Shown: positions 29,184-40,562 of the stretch, piece after piece
How the letters are laid out: every line of letters starts with the position of its first letter
Position numbering within the stretch: the first letter of the stretch is position 1
Source: Ophelia neglecta
Lineage: Eukaryota
NCBI GenBank assembly: GCA_965285935.1
Contig: OZ260662.1
Coordinates: 67,704,001-67,768,000, forward strand
DNA length: 64,000 bases
Reading direction: 5' to 3'
Made by a program: the position numbers and the translations under genes
Notes under the pieces: generated by a model
The model's database searches: none
What the model was told of the DNA's origin: nothing
What the model saw: the letters and a program-made list of their open reading frames with translations, nothing else

Positions 29184-29352
29184 ATGGATACAACGTCGTT
29201 TCTCGTGAATTTATTTCAAACTCTAGAACAAGCATTTTATGCCGTACCTTGGCCATACGGAAAATTGTGTACTACACTATGTTTTATCACGAGTTCATGC
29301 TAGTTAATAGCAGTCGGAATAGTTTCTATGGGAACTGTTCCTTTGGCGGAAG
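29184..29352 (+). CDS. Probable first coding (signal-peptide) exon of the IgSF gene, interrupted by an in-frame TAG at 29301-29303
   Basis: Strong donor GAAG|gtaagc in phase 1 joins 40305 as GGT. The frame reads MDTTSF...KLCTTLCFITSSC*LIAVGIVSMGTVPLAEG|SLL, a hydrophobic core followed by a P-x-A-x-G signal-peptidase-like site. It lies just downstream of a CpG-rich promoter-like region. Confidence 0.5.
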
Positions 29353-30164
29353 GTAAGCTTGAATTCATGTTGTGCATTTTAATTGGTTGTAGTCTTATTC
29401 GCGATTAAGCATATTGTGTTTCCAATTTAACATGTTTAAACTTAACTGCATGTGTGTCCGTGAGCTTAATGGCCTCCCCTTTCGCGTTTCCTCATCATAT
29501 ATAACTTTGTGGTTTGAAATTTCCCTAAAACATATATGCACCGATTCTGCGAAAAGTGAAAAAAATCGACCGAAGAACATCTAATCAAGCTTAATTGTTG
29601 CAAATGTTCCTTTGTGATGTTAATAAAAAATCTTGATTAATTCATGAATTGTTAATATAATATTGTCGTTACGCATGTTACCCAATATCTTTTGGCAATA
29701 TTTGTGAGATTACAAAACGTTTTGATGCAATTGTGCCCCAAGTCAAATAAAACCGATTAGGCACGAGTCGAAGAGGCACAGCTTTTTTCTATAATGGTAC
29801 TCTGTTTCTTTTCTCCATAAGAAGTATTATTATGATAAATGTTATCTGTTATCAAATAAGCACAGCTATAATATTTCAGGGCATTCATAATACATATTTT
29901 CCTTTTCATAATCGGCCAGGGCTCAGTGAAAGGATTAGCTAAATGTATTAGGTGAAACTTTGGTGAAGACACCCCCCCCCCCTCCAAAATTAAGCCCCAT
30001 CTGAAACATATTACTTCAGCCCCGGATACCTTGATAAGGTGAACAAAGTAAATATTATCCCACCATCCCTCTTATATCACCCTCCCCCTCCCTCCCCCAT
30101 TATGATTATGGAACGCCGAACCATCACAATTTAGAATTACGCGTGTTACAATTGAAAGCTGACC

Positions 30165-30219
30165 ATGATACGGCTGGCCATCATTTCTTCAGTCATTTTT
30201 TTAACATGCCTTGAAATAA
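30165..30219 (+). CDS. Alternative candidate signal-peptide exon (MIRLAIISSVIFLTCLEI)
   Basis: ACCATG start context, basic residue then hydrophobic core, and a phase-1 donor A|gtaaat that joins 40305 in frame (AGT, Ser). The donor is only moderate. Confidence 0.3.
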
Positions 30220-33200
30220 GTAAATGTTGTCTTTAATGACGAATGAAACATAGAATGTTTTTAAATGACACAATCAATGAGTAGTTTGATACTATGTCGG
30301 TGTATTTTAGATGAATGATTATTCGTCACGCGTGTTACTTGAGTTTTGGAGACAATTTAAATCCTGTTTAATAGACGTTTTAATCCGTCCTAATGTGAAT
30401 ACAAGTTTTATATTTAATGAAAAAGGCTTCAACGAAATTGCGAATACTTCGATCTTTTTATAGACGGTAAGAGGGTATTATTTAATTTCATTATATTTCT
30501 TTGTTGTGTAAAAAGTGCCCAAGGCACAATGAATTTTTTGGCCAATTCCAGGCTGCTTAGAAAATTATAAAACCTGTTTTATTAGTAGTACTGACAAACG
30601 GTTTTCAGTCGTATGTTTGGAAACGAAATAAAGCGGCTAACTAGCAATCAAATTCCTCTGGCTATAAACTCGTGAGAGGTCATGAACACAGCAAGGCCGA
30701 GGGACACAAGAAGACCAGAATAGTGCCCCTTTTTGCAGGAATGACCGATTAAGCTTTCGAGATTGTCCTCGATGTTAAGAGAAAGAATCCGATCAACTTT
30801 GTTAGTATTATCTATTCTAATTACAATAGCAATAGTATTCATTGTCTGCAACATTACTACGGGCATTCGAATACGACTCAACAAAGATGGATTAACATTT
30901 CCCGAGCCTATTTGTGTTTTTCCACTGTCTGGGGACAGCGTTGATGTCGCCAAGGTCAAAGAGAGTTTTCTTTGCTCGGTTGTAAAGGCAGACTGGGTGT
31001 CTTCAGATCATGGCTAAATCTGGTTGACTGTGATTAAAGACTTCCTTTTGCTACTTTCTTCTAGTGACCAAAGATAAAGAGATTAGATCCTGGAAGTTTA
31101 TTCAGAACCCATCAAATCATGACTCATCGTGAACAAAACTTTTTTTTTTTGCTGGGTAAATTGGTGAAGGGGACTGTCACAATAAATATACTATTGGTCT
31201 CTCAGCTAACTCAATAAGTCGGCAGGGCACTTGCTGGACCGCAAATTGGCAACGTAACAGATAAATTTGGCCTTAATGGGATGAGAAGAGCAGCCCCGAA
31301 CTTCCCTTCCAAGTGATAATGAACTTTTTTCAATCTGCTCCAATGGCGTTTTCTTGTACATATATACATGTATATTTTGTAGCCAGTGTAGCTAGAAGCG
31401 GGGTAAGGTCGTAACTGTAGAGCGCACAATTAGGTAAAGGAAAGATGGCCATGACAAAACGAAATATACTATATGTTGCACCTCCAAAGCCTGGTCCTAT
31501 TGTCACTGTGAATTTGATATAAAGGCAGTGAGGGTTCCCTGATTGGAAATGTCTCCCAAGACTATTTTTACTCATCCTAACCCGCAAGTCCTCGGAGCTG
31601 GAAACACTAGTGTTTTTAAACCACCGGTCTACAATCTCTTCTCTATATTATAGGAATCCGGTCATGAAATCATGGTTTATTATGCCCTCTTTTCTCAAAA
31701 TAATGGTATATTACGTCCACGGGATGGAGAATCTGGGGGATTTCACAGCGGGTGTACCCAACACTCCCGTACTCAAGAAGCATTGAAATTCTCCGAGAAT
31801 TGACATGTAAATAAAAGCGTCATACATTATCTAATAAAGGGTTAGTCTTGAATCAAGACACAGCGCATGAAGAGATTTCAGGAGACTCGTAACTCGGGAT
31901 GAAACACCAGGGAATACTTTCATATCAGAGAAGCCTTTTGATGTAGCGCGCTATTTACAACACATTGGAGGACAGGTATGGCAATTAAGTGCCTCTGTAA
32001 TACCTCCAGTCACACCGAGCTTTGTTGATGGTGGACAAAGGGCAGGGCCAGTCGCCTTGTAGCAATTAAAACCATATGAAGTTTGATATGCCTTCCAGAA
32101 GACGTGAGCAAGCCAATTGTGGATAGGCATTTCAATCATTACTCTCTCCACTGAGCACATCAAATTCAAGACGCCTTATTTAGCTAAGACACGAAAAAGC
32201 CATCACAAGATTAGTAAGAGTGCCTTCATCGAAATGTTGACCAAATTCAGTAGCTACGAAATCTGAGTCGAAACGTTTAATAGGCCAGTTGGGACTGAGG
32301 ATTCCTTACTAAGGAGACGGGAGGACGCAAATCAAAAATATACTTCCCCCATTGCAGGTTTACAATTATTCAATCAGAAAGCATCAAGTAGAATGTGATA
32401 TTATTCTCACTTTCAACTGGAATTTTCTCATGATAAAAAAGCTAGGTGTTCATGCCACTAACTTTAAAGAAAATGTGTGGTAGATGCGAAGGGAGCCGTT
32501 AGAGCGACTTCGCCTCTGATAACTTGTTGATTTGTAAATTTGTAAGATGTCTGTGGTCGAATTTAAGCAAGGTTTGAATTTGTTTTTAGGACTTGGAACT
32601 GAAACATAAATGCTTCTTTTGATGGAGAATGTCAGTGTCAAAAGCTAAAATCTACCACACTGTGCTGCATTATGACAAACAGGCTGTGTACTGTTTTAGA
32701 CAGTGTCAAACTAACCTGTATCATCATTGTGGGAACTGACATAGCAAAATAAACATAAAGGGTTGGGGGAAGGGGGGGGGGGGGCAATTTAAATGAAATC
32801 GTAAGAGACAGGCTATAACTTTAGATGCCATAAATATTGACGAAGTTGATATCGCTTCCTTATTACATTTTGGATCGACCTATGATCGTTTACTAATGTA
32901 TATCGCATTGGTTGAACGATTGAAAATAGTTGTTTTATAGTATTAAACAAAGTTGTACGAAACTTGAGTTTAATTTGTTTGTTCTGCGGAATATCCAGGT
33001 TATAGTTTCAGTTTACTGCATTAAGAAAATTGTAGTTCACCTTATTACAACCGTTGTAAATCTCCGAATGTTGAGGCATTAAAATTTACAACAACAGTTC
33101 AATGTGAAAAACTGTTCCAAACTCTGTTTAAATGTAAAAATTCATGATAAAGGGGAGAAGAAACATTATCCTTCGTTAAAGAATGATATAAATTATTTTT

Positions 33201-35252
33201 GGTGGATATTTTGGAATATGAATATCATTAAGTATCCTAATATAGTAAGTGTTTGTAGTGAAGCGACGAGACATAGGCAAAATTGGAAGACATCGTGCAA
33301 AAACGAACCATTGAAAATTCATTATTTTTGCTAGTAGGCTTGTAAAGCTAATGAAGCATATAAGATTGGCGTACCTAAAAATAGTGTCACCACAGTCAAC
33401 GTTTAGCGCGAGCGTCACCAAGTGCAGCAGTTTTAAATACATGTAGATCATCATCACAACATTGTTATTACCATCCAACACAATCACATTATATAACAAC
33501 AGTGACGTTTGCATAATTCAATCAACTTATATGTTTGGTGAAAAAGTAATTACTTTGAAATAATGACTGTATATGTTTAGTTGAGTGCTGCCTATAGGAT
33601 CGAACTCGTCTCTGACATGTTTTATTTGATTGTTTTTCAGATGAGTTAGTGTATGATTGTTTGAGCCAAGAAGTAATTCTCTCAAGAAGACAATTCTGCT
33701 GGTGTGAAAGCGGGAACCACCAGCTCCTCAATGGAGTTACAGATGATTTGCGGGTTGCTGCTTTTTATAATCCAATTCGACGGAGGTTCGTTTTCTTTGA
33801 TAAGTTATGCCTCTATGTGAGTGCTGCCTAGATAGCATTAATATTACATACGCTTGAAATTGTACTCGCATGAATGTAGAAGTGTTTCCGGTAAGTGAAT
33901 GATTCTAGATACCAAAGCCTGGAAACTTCTTTTTTGCATGTGCTTAATGTGCATTCATAACATTGCAATGAATTGGAAATTCGTGCCTGAGGTCAAACCC
34001 GCCCGGTTCTGTTAACGTTACTCTCCCTGGGTATCTGTACTCATCGCTAATTGACCCAGTGTCAGCTAATTATGATGAATTGTGCACGCTGAGAGGAAAT
34101 TATGTAGCTCATTATTGCACCTGGTCCCTATTACGAAAACACACACGTGATGTTTTGCAAGTACAGACTACCTCGGCTGGTTTTTCCGCAAGAATATTTT
34201 TTCTTCATATTGAATGATGGTTTTTTTCACACTAACGCTAGCTAAGTTACGGCTTGTTATTCTATTTTCTTTAACGACAAACTGTGGCTTGCATTATTAT
34301 AGATACATTAATACATTTTATAACTGTATATATCATGTGACACACTCTAAAATAAAATGAGTGGGGCCAACACCTCTAGATGAGTTAACAATCCATCTCG
34401 AACGTTAATAATACACTACACATTACGTTAAGAAAAACACACGGTCATGTAAATGTTTTGTCGGGATTGCATTGTAGGCTGTAGTATACCCTGCCGGATC
34501 TGTGAGCACATACACCCACGATGGATGCAATGTTTTCTCGTTTAACCACATACTGATTAGGGTGCGGCGAGGTTTGGGAGAATAGGGGTGGGGTGAAGGA
34601 TTGAGGGCGATTAAGTAGATGTTTGCAGGAGGGGGTCGGGGAGATGACTAGGATCACGGTCTTATAGGCGTTAGGAGATAAAAGAATAGTCAAACTAATG
34701 CCAAAATGGCTTAAGTGATATTGTGGCTGAAATATAGGTTTGTTTATGACCGCCTGATCAAGTTTTATTTTCTCAGTACCAACACGAACCAGTAGGCTAC
34801 TTAAAAAGTTTGTATTAACAATAATCACAATGGCCATGTTTCTTTGCTTATTCGGGTGTTAATGGTTGGTGTAGCTAAGACCTTTTTTACCTTCAGATAT
34901 GTATTACTTAAACCATTTTGGCACCATGTCTTGTAGCTTAGGCCATGCTGGTATTAAATTTTGTAACTTAGGACATGTCGGTCATGGAAATCTTTGTAGG
35001 GATACATTCGAACGTTTTCTTTTTTTAGTGCCGTTTTGGCCCTAATAACAAAATGTGGACAAATCACCCCAAATAATGTCACTTTATTTTGATATCGTGA
35101 ATTGGAGTATACCATGCACCGAGTCAATGATTTTTGTCGAACAATAAGCAGTATCCCTCGCAATCCCTACCTGTCGCTTTCCTGGGCTCCGGTGGACGGT
35201 TAGCCTTTTCATTTGTTTTATGAGTCCTATTAATTCTGGGCTTGGATCATAT

Positions 35253-36617
35253 CCCAGCTAGCACAGTCACATTGGGCCAACGTTGTGCAATTATTCATGA
35301 TACATTGGCCCGATGATGTAACGACAATATCGGGCCAACGTAATTTTGGCCAGCAGGCCAACTATGGTGCAACGTCGTAGGCATAGGAATTGGGCCGACG
35401 CCTGGCCACATCCTAGCCAATCATTTGCTTACTACATTGGACCATCATAGGGCCACTGTTTGACCAGCATTAGTCGGGGGATACGTTAGCAATGCAGGCT
35501 TGTGTGCAATTGTGACTATTGAATTAAGTTGGCCCACTATTGGCCCAACATAGACCCATAGTGTGACCAACATTACTCCGTGGTATGTTGCCCTGTATAA
35601 GGCAGTATGGTAGAACAGTTAGACAAAGAAGAAAAAATACAGATGCACATTCAAATTACTTTATTCCACGAGTGATACAATTGTCGCCTTGGTTGGAATT
35701 ATCACTTTCCATCAGGGATGGAGTTAAGTCAGCTGTAAGGAAAAGGAAAGGTATGGGTTACTCATCAATCAATTGGTTATTCGGATCACAGAGAAATCAT
35801 AAACAAACCTCAGGGCGGGCATTTCAACTGGCAGTATGTACGCAACCTTTAAAGTGAACAAAGCACACTCCATTGTTTCATACAGGTTTGGTGAAAAAAG
35901 TTCAAATGTGACTTCTTTGCCACTATAACAAAACAATAGCCTTTTGTCCATTACTGAAAGAATACCAGAGATATTAATATTGCTTTTAGCTATGAAACCA
36001 AAAAGATACATCCACTTACCTATAGGAATCAGGTGATTGTTTTCAGTAGAACGAAATCGCGAAACCACCGAGTAGGATTCTTGAACGCGGGAAGACAAGG
36101 AAGTATAACTGCGCATGTGCGAAGTATTCGTGCACGGCCGGAACTCAGCGCACCAAATTACTCACTTTCCCATCGTCCCTTGAGTGAGAGTAGCGCCAAG
36201 AAATAGAGTAGCCGACATGAATATGCTACGGATATGGAATTTGCAACAAATTTGATGCTCAAGATGTATTAATATATGTCTAGTAGTTCGATCATTTTAA
36301 AATAAAAAAATCAAATGATCGCATGTCCTAAATCGGCAGCCAAAAGTCGGAGGAAAGTGTAGAAATTTCAACGTTACCCCAACGTTTAGAACCTGCATCG
36401 GTCCGACAATGTACATAGACCGTATCGCCGAAATGCTGTCGCCTTACTTTGGGCCAATGTTGGAATAACAGCATCGTCCCCATTTTGAACATACTGCATT
36501 GGACCGACTAAGTAAACAGGTTGTATCGCCGGAGTGCGGCAAAACCTACATTGGGCCAATGTGGTGATTTCGATCGCGATCTTAAGATGTCTGCCCAATG
36601 TGACTGTGCTAGCTGGG
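35253..36617. mobile_element. 1365-bp non-autonomous TIR DNA transposon, probably CMC/EnSpm(CACTA)-type, in the IgSF first intron
   Basis: Perfect 25-bp TIR CCCAGCTAGCACAGTCACATTGGGC / GCCCAATGTGACTGTGCTAGCTGGG, with AT on both flanks (2-bp TSD). Many subterminal TTGGGCCAA/TTGGCCCAA-like repeats at both ends. No transposase ORF. Confidence 0.85.
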
Positions 36618-39600
36618 ATTAGTATTCTTTATGACGAAGTTCTCGCGAGACAGAACGAGACAGGTTACAGTGCGACAGGCAAATGTGAAAGATTGACCAT
36701 TGTCGTGGCTTATGGATTGAGTTAAACATTCTTCTAGACGCCAGCCATGAACTCTAGTTTTGTCACAGATTATCACTCGTGGGACACAGACAGATTGCCT
36801 GTATTGTGTCAGGGAGGCTAGATACTTGGCAAGGTAAAATCTAAACTTTAATGTTTAAGCGAGAGTGTACGCGGTAAATAATTAGATGTTTCATAAAAAG
36901 GAATGTTTTTTATTTGAAAAATGGGCAAAATAGTCCAGGTTCCCAAATGTAAGATCTTCGATCTTTCATATTTATTGGGAATTATTTCTATGACGGCTAG
37001 TTCGGGGCGTACAATTTATCTATATTCATGTTAGCACTTATCAGGCGCTTGGAGGCGCTGATGGTTGTTCGCAGCGGCGCTGATAGTACCAGTGTCGACC
37101 ACTATGAGAAGTTGTGCAAGCCTGTTTGTAGTAGGCTCCACGGCTTTCCCTGTTGGTCTAACAGTTCATATTTCTTATTATTATGGCAAAGAACTCCACG
37201 ATCTATCAAGCAACAGTGCTGTCAATGAAGCTGCGCACCCGGGTTGCGCAGTGATGGTAGAAAAAGAGTGGTCGACGAGGACTTCGAAAAATCAAGTTTT
37301 ATAGACGCATACTACTAGTTAGCTACTGATAATTATTGCACGTTCATTAAGAATAGTTTAAGTGACCTTAAACACATTTTGTCGTTAGCTGAATAGGCTT
37401 ATATAGGTTACAGTAAAAACGATGAGCAGCTGCAGACACAACGACTAACGCCTACCCCGGTACTAGCCTACTATGTATTACTTAGGTGATTTGACAAAAG
37501 CCGCATGAGCCCTATAAAATATACACCCATTTTCATATAGTGGTGGTTTATAGACGTAAACTAAAGTAGAAGTGATCTGTTGTAAGGGGAGTGGTCAGGT
37601 GCTGTTCAGTTTTAGCCTCAAGACTGGTAATAGTAATATTTTATGGTTAGTGTTTGTTCAATGTTGGATATCGGAAGAGAGATCCTATAAGCTTCCCTCT
37701 TTAAGGGTATTCTTTTAAAATTGTCTAAGTAGATTTGAGATAAAAAAGGTAGTTTATTCTCGTCAGTGACCAGATTCTCTGCAACCCCGGCATCATTATT
37801 CTATTATATGCAGATGGCATGGTTTTTTTTCACAATGATTCTGTTCAATTTTGTCTCCGTTCTTTAATAAATATGCATCCAATTGTTTCTTCAACTGGCA
37901 ATCTATTTGCCAAGCAAAATGGGCAGAGCTGTTTAATTTAGTAGAATGACTATAATCATCTGTTACATGCATGGCGATGTCCCGAGAAAGATGTTGAAAG
38001 AAACATTTAACCCGAATCTTTTCAGTTTTGTGTCTCAAGTGTTTCTCTGACATCTTAACCATATCTATATGAACATAGAACAGATAAATGGAGCTAGAGA
38101 AAAAAAACAGCTAAGAAATATATGCATCCTTCCCCTCCCCCCCCCCCCCCCCCACAGCCCCGTATTTCGTCACAGTTTTTAGTCCTTAATATACCTATTA
38201 TTATATGCCTATATACGGCTGTATTTAGGAACGCCAGCCTGAAGACTATAGAACAGAATAATTAGTATCACATCAATAGCAGATCTTTAATATTCTCCTC
38301 TTGGGCCGCTGAGGAAGTCAAATGTTTTAGATAGAAATTCATCTTCCTCATCAAGAACAGTTGGACAAATATTTGATTTGATTCTATTCGTTTCGCCGGG
38401 ACATATTTTTTCCCATGCGCATAGGCTATAACTGCTTTTGCCCATAGATATGCAGGTTAAGGAGGAAGGTTTCTGATTATAATTCATCATAAAACATTAT
38501 AAGTTTACCCAGGCCGTGGTTTGGCCGTACAGCTTTAAAAAGGAACAGTTTTCCTCTGGATCTGCCTAAATTTGTATCATGCAATTCTGCTTGGAGATCA
38601 CGATTCGACTATCTTTCCTTACTTTAGGGGAAATCGATTAGGTAAAACTGGTGACGGAATGCCAAAAATGTGAACGAAAAATAAAGCTGATCAGCCTGAT
38701 TGGAATACTTGAAGGTTGTGGGCCATGAGCGTCCCGATGCTGGTGGTATCAGTGTTACTATGTAGGCCGGCAGTCGACGGACCCGCACCCGCACGCGCTG
38801 CTCGTGATATACGTACACTACTAACGTCTGAAACTCTTCAAGGAGTTGTGTTGCCATCGTCATCCTCAATAGCTGTGAAATAAATGGTGACGGAAGTGTA
38901 TGACGTTTTAAACTCCATATAAATTTAATATATCTACCTGGCGGCGATATAAAGCTACCAGGGATTGACCAGTCCTGAGTTTTGAAGCTGATCGATTGTT
39001 TCATAACAGTATGGGCAACAATTAAGTAGCTGTTTAGGCCCATGTACGTGTTAGCCATGTCTTATTACATTTAATTAACTTCACAAATTAAATTAGTTAT
39101 AATCTTCTCCCTGCTGTTTTGTAGTGTAGATTCTATATATATGTTTCGGATTGAGATAAGCTATCGAGAAGATGTGACACCAGAGCTATTTTGAACGGTA
39201 ATCTTTTGGTTACAATTGGTGGCAGCAAAAGTTGCGGGCCGGGGTTTCACTTAACAAGCTCGTAAAGAATACACTGGAGGGTGATTTCCATGGGCCTTAA
39301 TGTACTTCTCAGGTGGCCATGACTCTCTTTTCATGAATATGATATCCCTGGAGAGATTCTAAACCCGCTCAACAGTTCGTCCATGCATTTTCGTTCAATG
39401 GTTGAAAAACTGATAAAAGAGGTTTCCAAGATCCATCCTGATAAAGCCTACTGTAGTAGTTCCAAAAAAAAATAATTGGAGACTCGCCAGCTTAATATAA
39501 AGAACACCTCCCTTTAAGAGCATGCGCACAAAAGGAAAGTGAGAAAGCCTTGGGGCCACCTTTCTTTATTACCTGCCTGTAGTTTAATAATGATACCAGC

Positions 39601-40213
39601 CTTGATGCGTCCTAATTAGGGCCACCCTCTGATGGCGCCCTGCATACGACGTATGAATGCCGGGAATCCATTAATCATATTATGTCCCATAGACATTTAA
39701 TCATAATTATAACTTAATTGAAAATTATGTTTTATATGATATACTCCTCTGACGCTATGGTCGGTATAGGGTAGCCTAATATTCTGGGTTATTGAGATAA
39801 ATCACCTTATTAAAACCGGCCATTGTTTGCTCTACTGGCTTATAATTGGTGCCTGTGAAAGCGGTATCACTTGTTGTCGCTTTGATTGCTTCAGACAACT
39901 ACTCATCAAGTGATCAAAAAGAAAATGAGGTAAAAAGGGTAAAAAATGGGTCGAGTTTTAATTTTCCAATCGGAAGATGCATTAGGGATCTAGAGGATAA
40001 CATTCAACGTATGGTGTTGATATAAACATTTCCACGAATCGTAAACATGTGCACCCCAGGCAATGATGAACAGCGGAATAATGTTAAGATAACTTATAGT
40101 TACCTTATAGGCCTACATGTAAACTTTTAGTATTAAAACTTTCCATACATTGTCAAACATTGGTTAGGATATCAAGGATAAAAAGGGTGTTGAGCCCCCT
40201 CTCACAAGTAGCA

Positions 40214-40266
40214 ATATGACAAGATAAGTGTTGAAAGCCGCGTAAAACCCCAAACAACCAACCAAC
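40214..40266 (+). mobile_element. SINE-like 3' tail remnant about 40 nt upstream of the 40305 acceptor
   Basis: aagtgttgaaagccgcgtaaaaccccaaacaaccaaccaac has the TGTTGAAAGxGGCGTxAAAC core plus (CAAC)n tail seen in lophotrochozoan SINEs. Recognised from memory, not searched. Confidence 0.5.
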
Positions 40267-40304
40267 AGACAAATTACCCTAATTACCATTTTGTCTTCGT
40301 GCAG

Positions 40305-40562
40305 GTTCTTTGCTGACGATGTTAACTAAGGGTCAGATGTTTGTGATCAATGATGGTGAGAGCGTATCGCTGGATTGTCAGTTTTACACGGACCATTTCA
40401 ATCTGTTTGATAACCCTGTCATCTGGCAGAAGGCACAACGCCACGAGACCTCACAGATTAATATAATGGGAAATGTTAATCCACCTTTTGGACCTACAAA
40501 AAGGTTTAAAGTCACGTTTTCTCCTGAACCGCCTCGCTTTAGAATGGACCTCAAGATTGATC
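40305..40562 (+). CDS. IgSF gene exon: N-terminal part of Ig domain 1 (V-set-like)
   Basis: Acceptor ttttgtcttcgtgcag|G, donor C|gtaagt. Translates (G)SLLTMLTKGQMFVINDGESVSLDCQF...PVIWQK...RFRMDLKID. Confidence 0.9.

Noticed and set aside
30763-31017. ORF with a hydrophobic TM-like stretch (LLVLSILITIAIVFIV)
   Set aside because: No phase-compatible donor after the hydrophobic segment and no recognisable homology. AT-rich DNA readily yields such peptides.
36769-36833. Possible cassette exon in intron 1 (cag|...aag|gtaaaa)
   Set aside because: It is 65 nt, frameshifting, and has an in-frame TAG in the required phase.
38624-39058. Longest unassigned ORF (144 aa, minus strand)
   Set aside because: No motif or splice support; it lies antisense in the IgSF intron.
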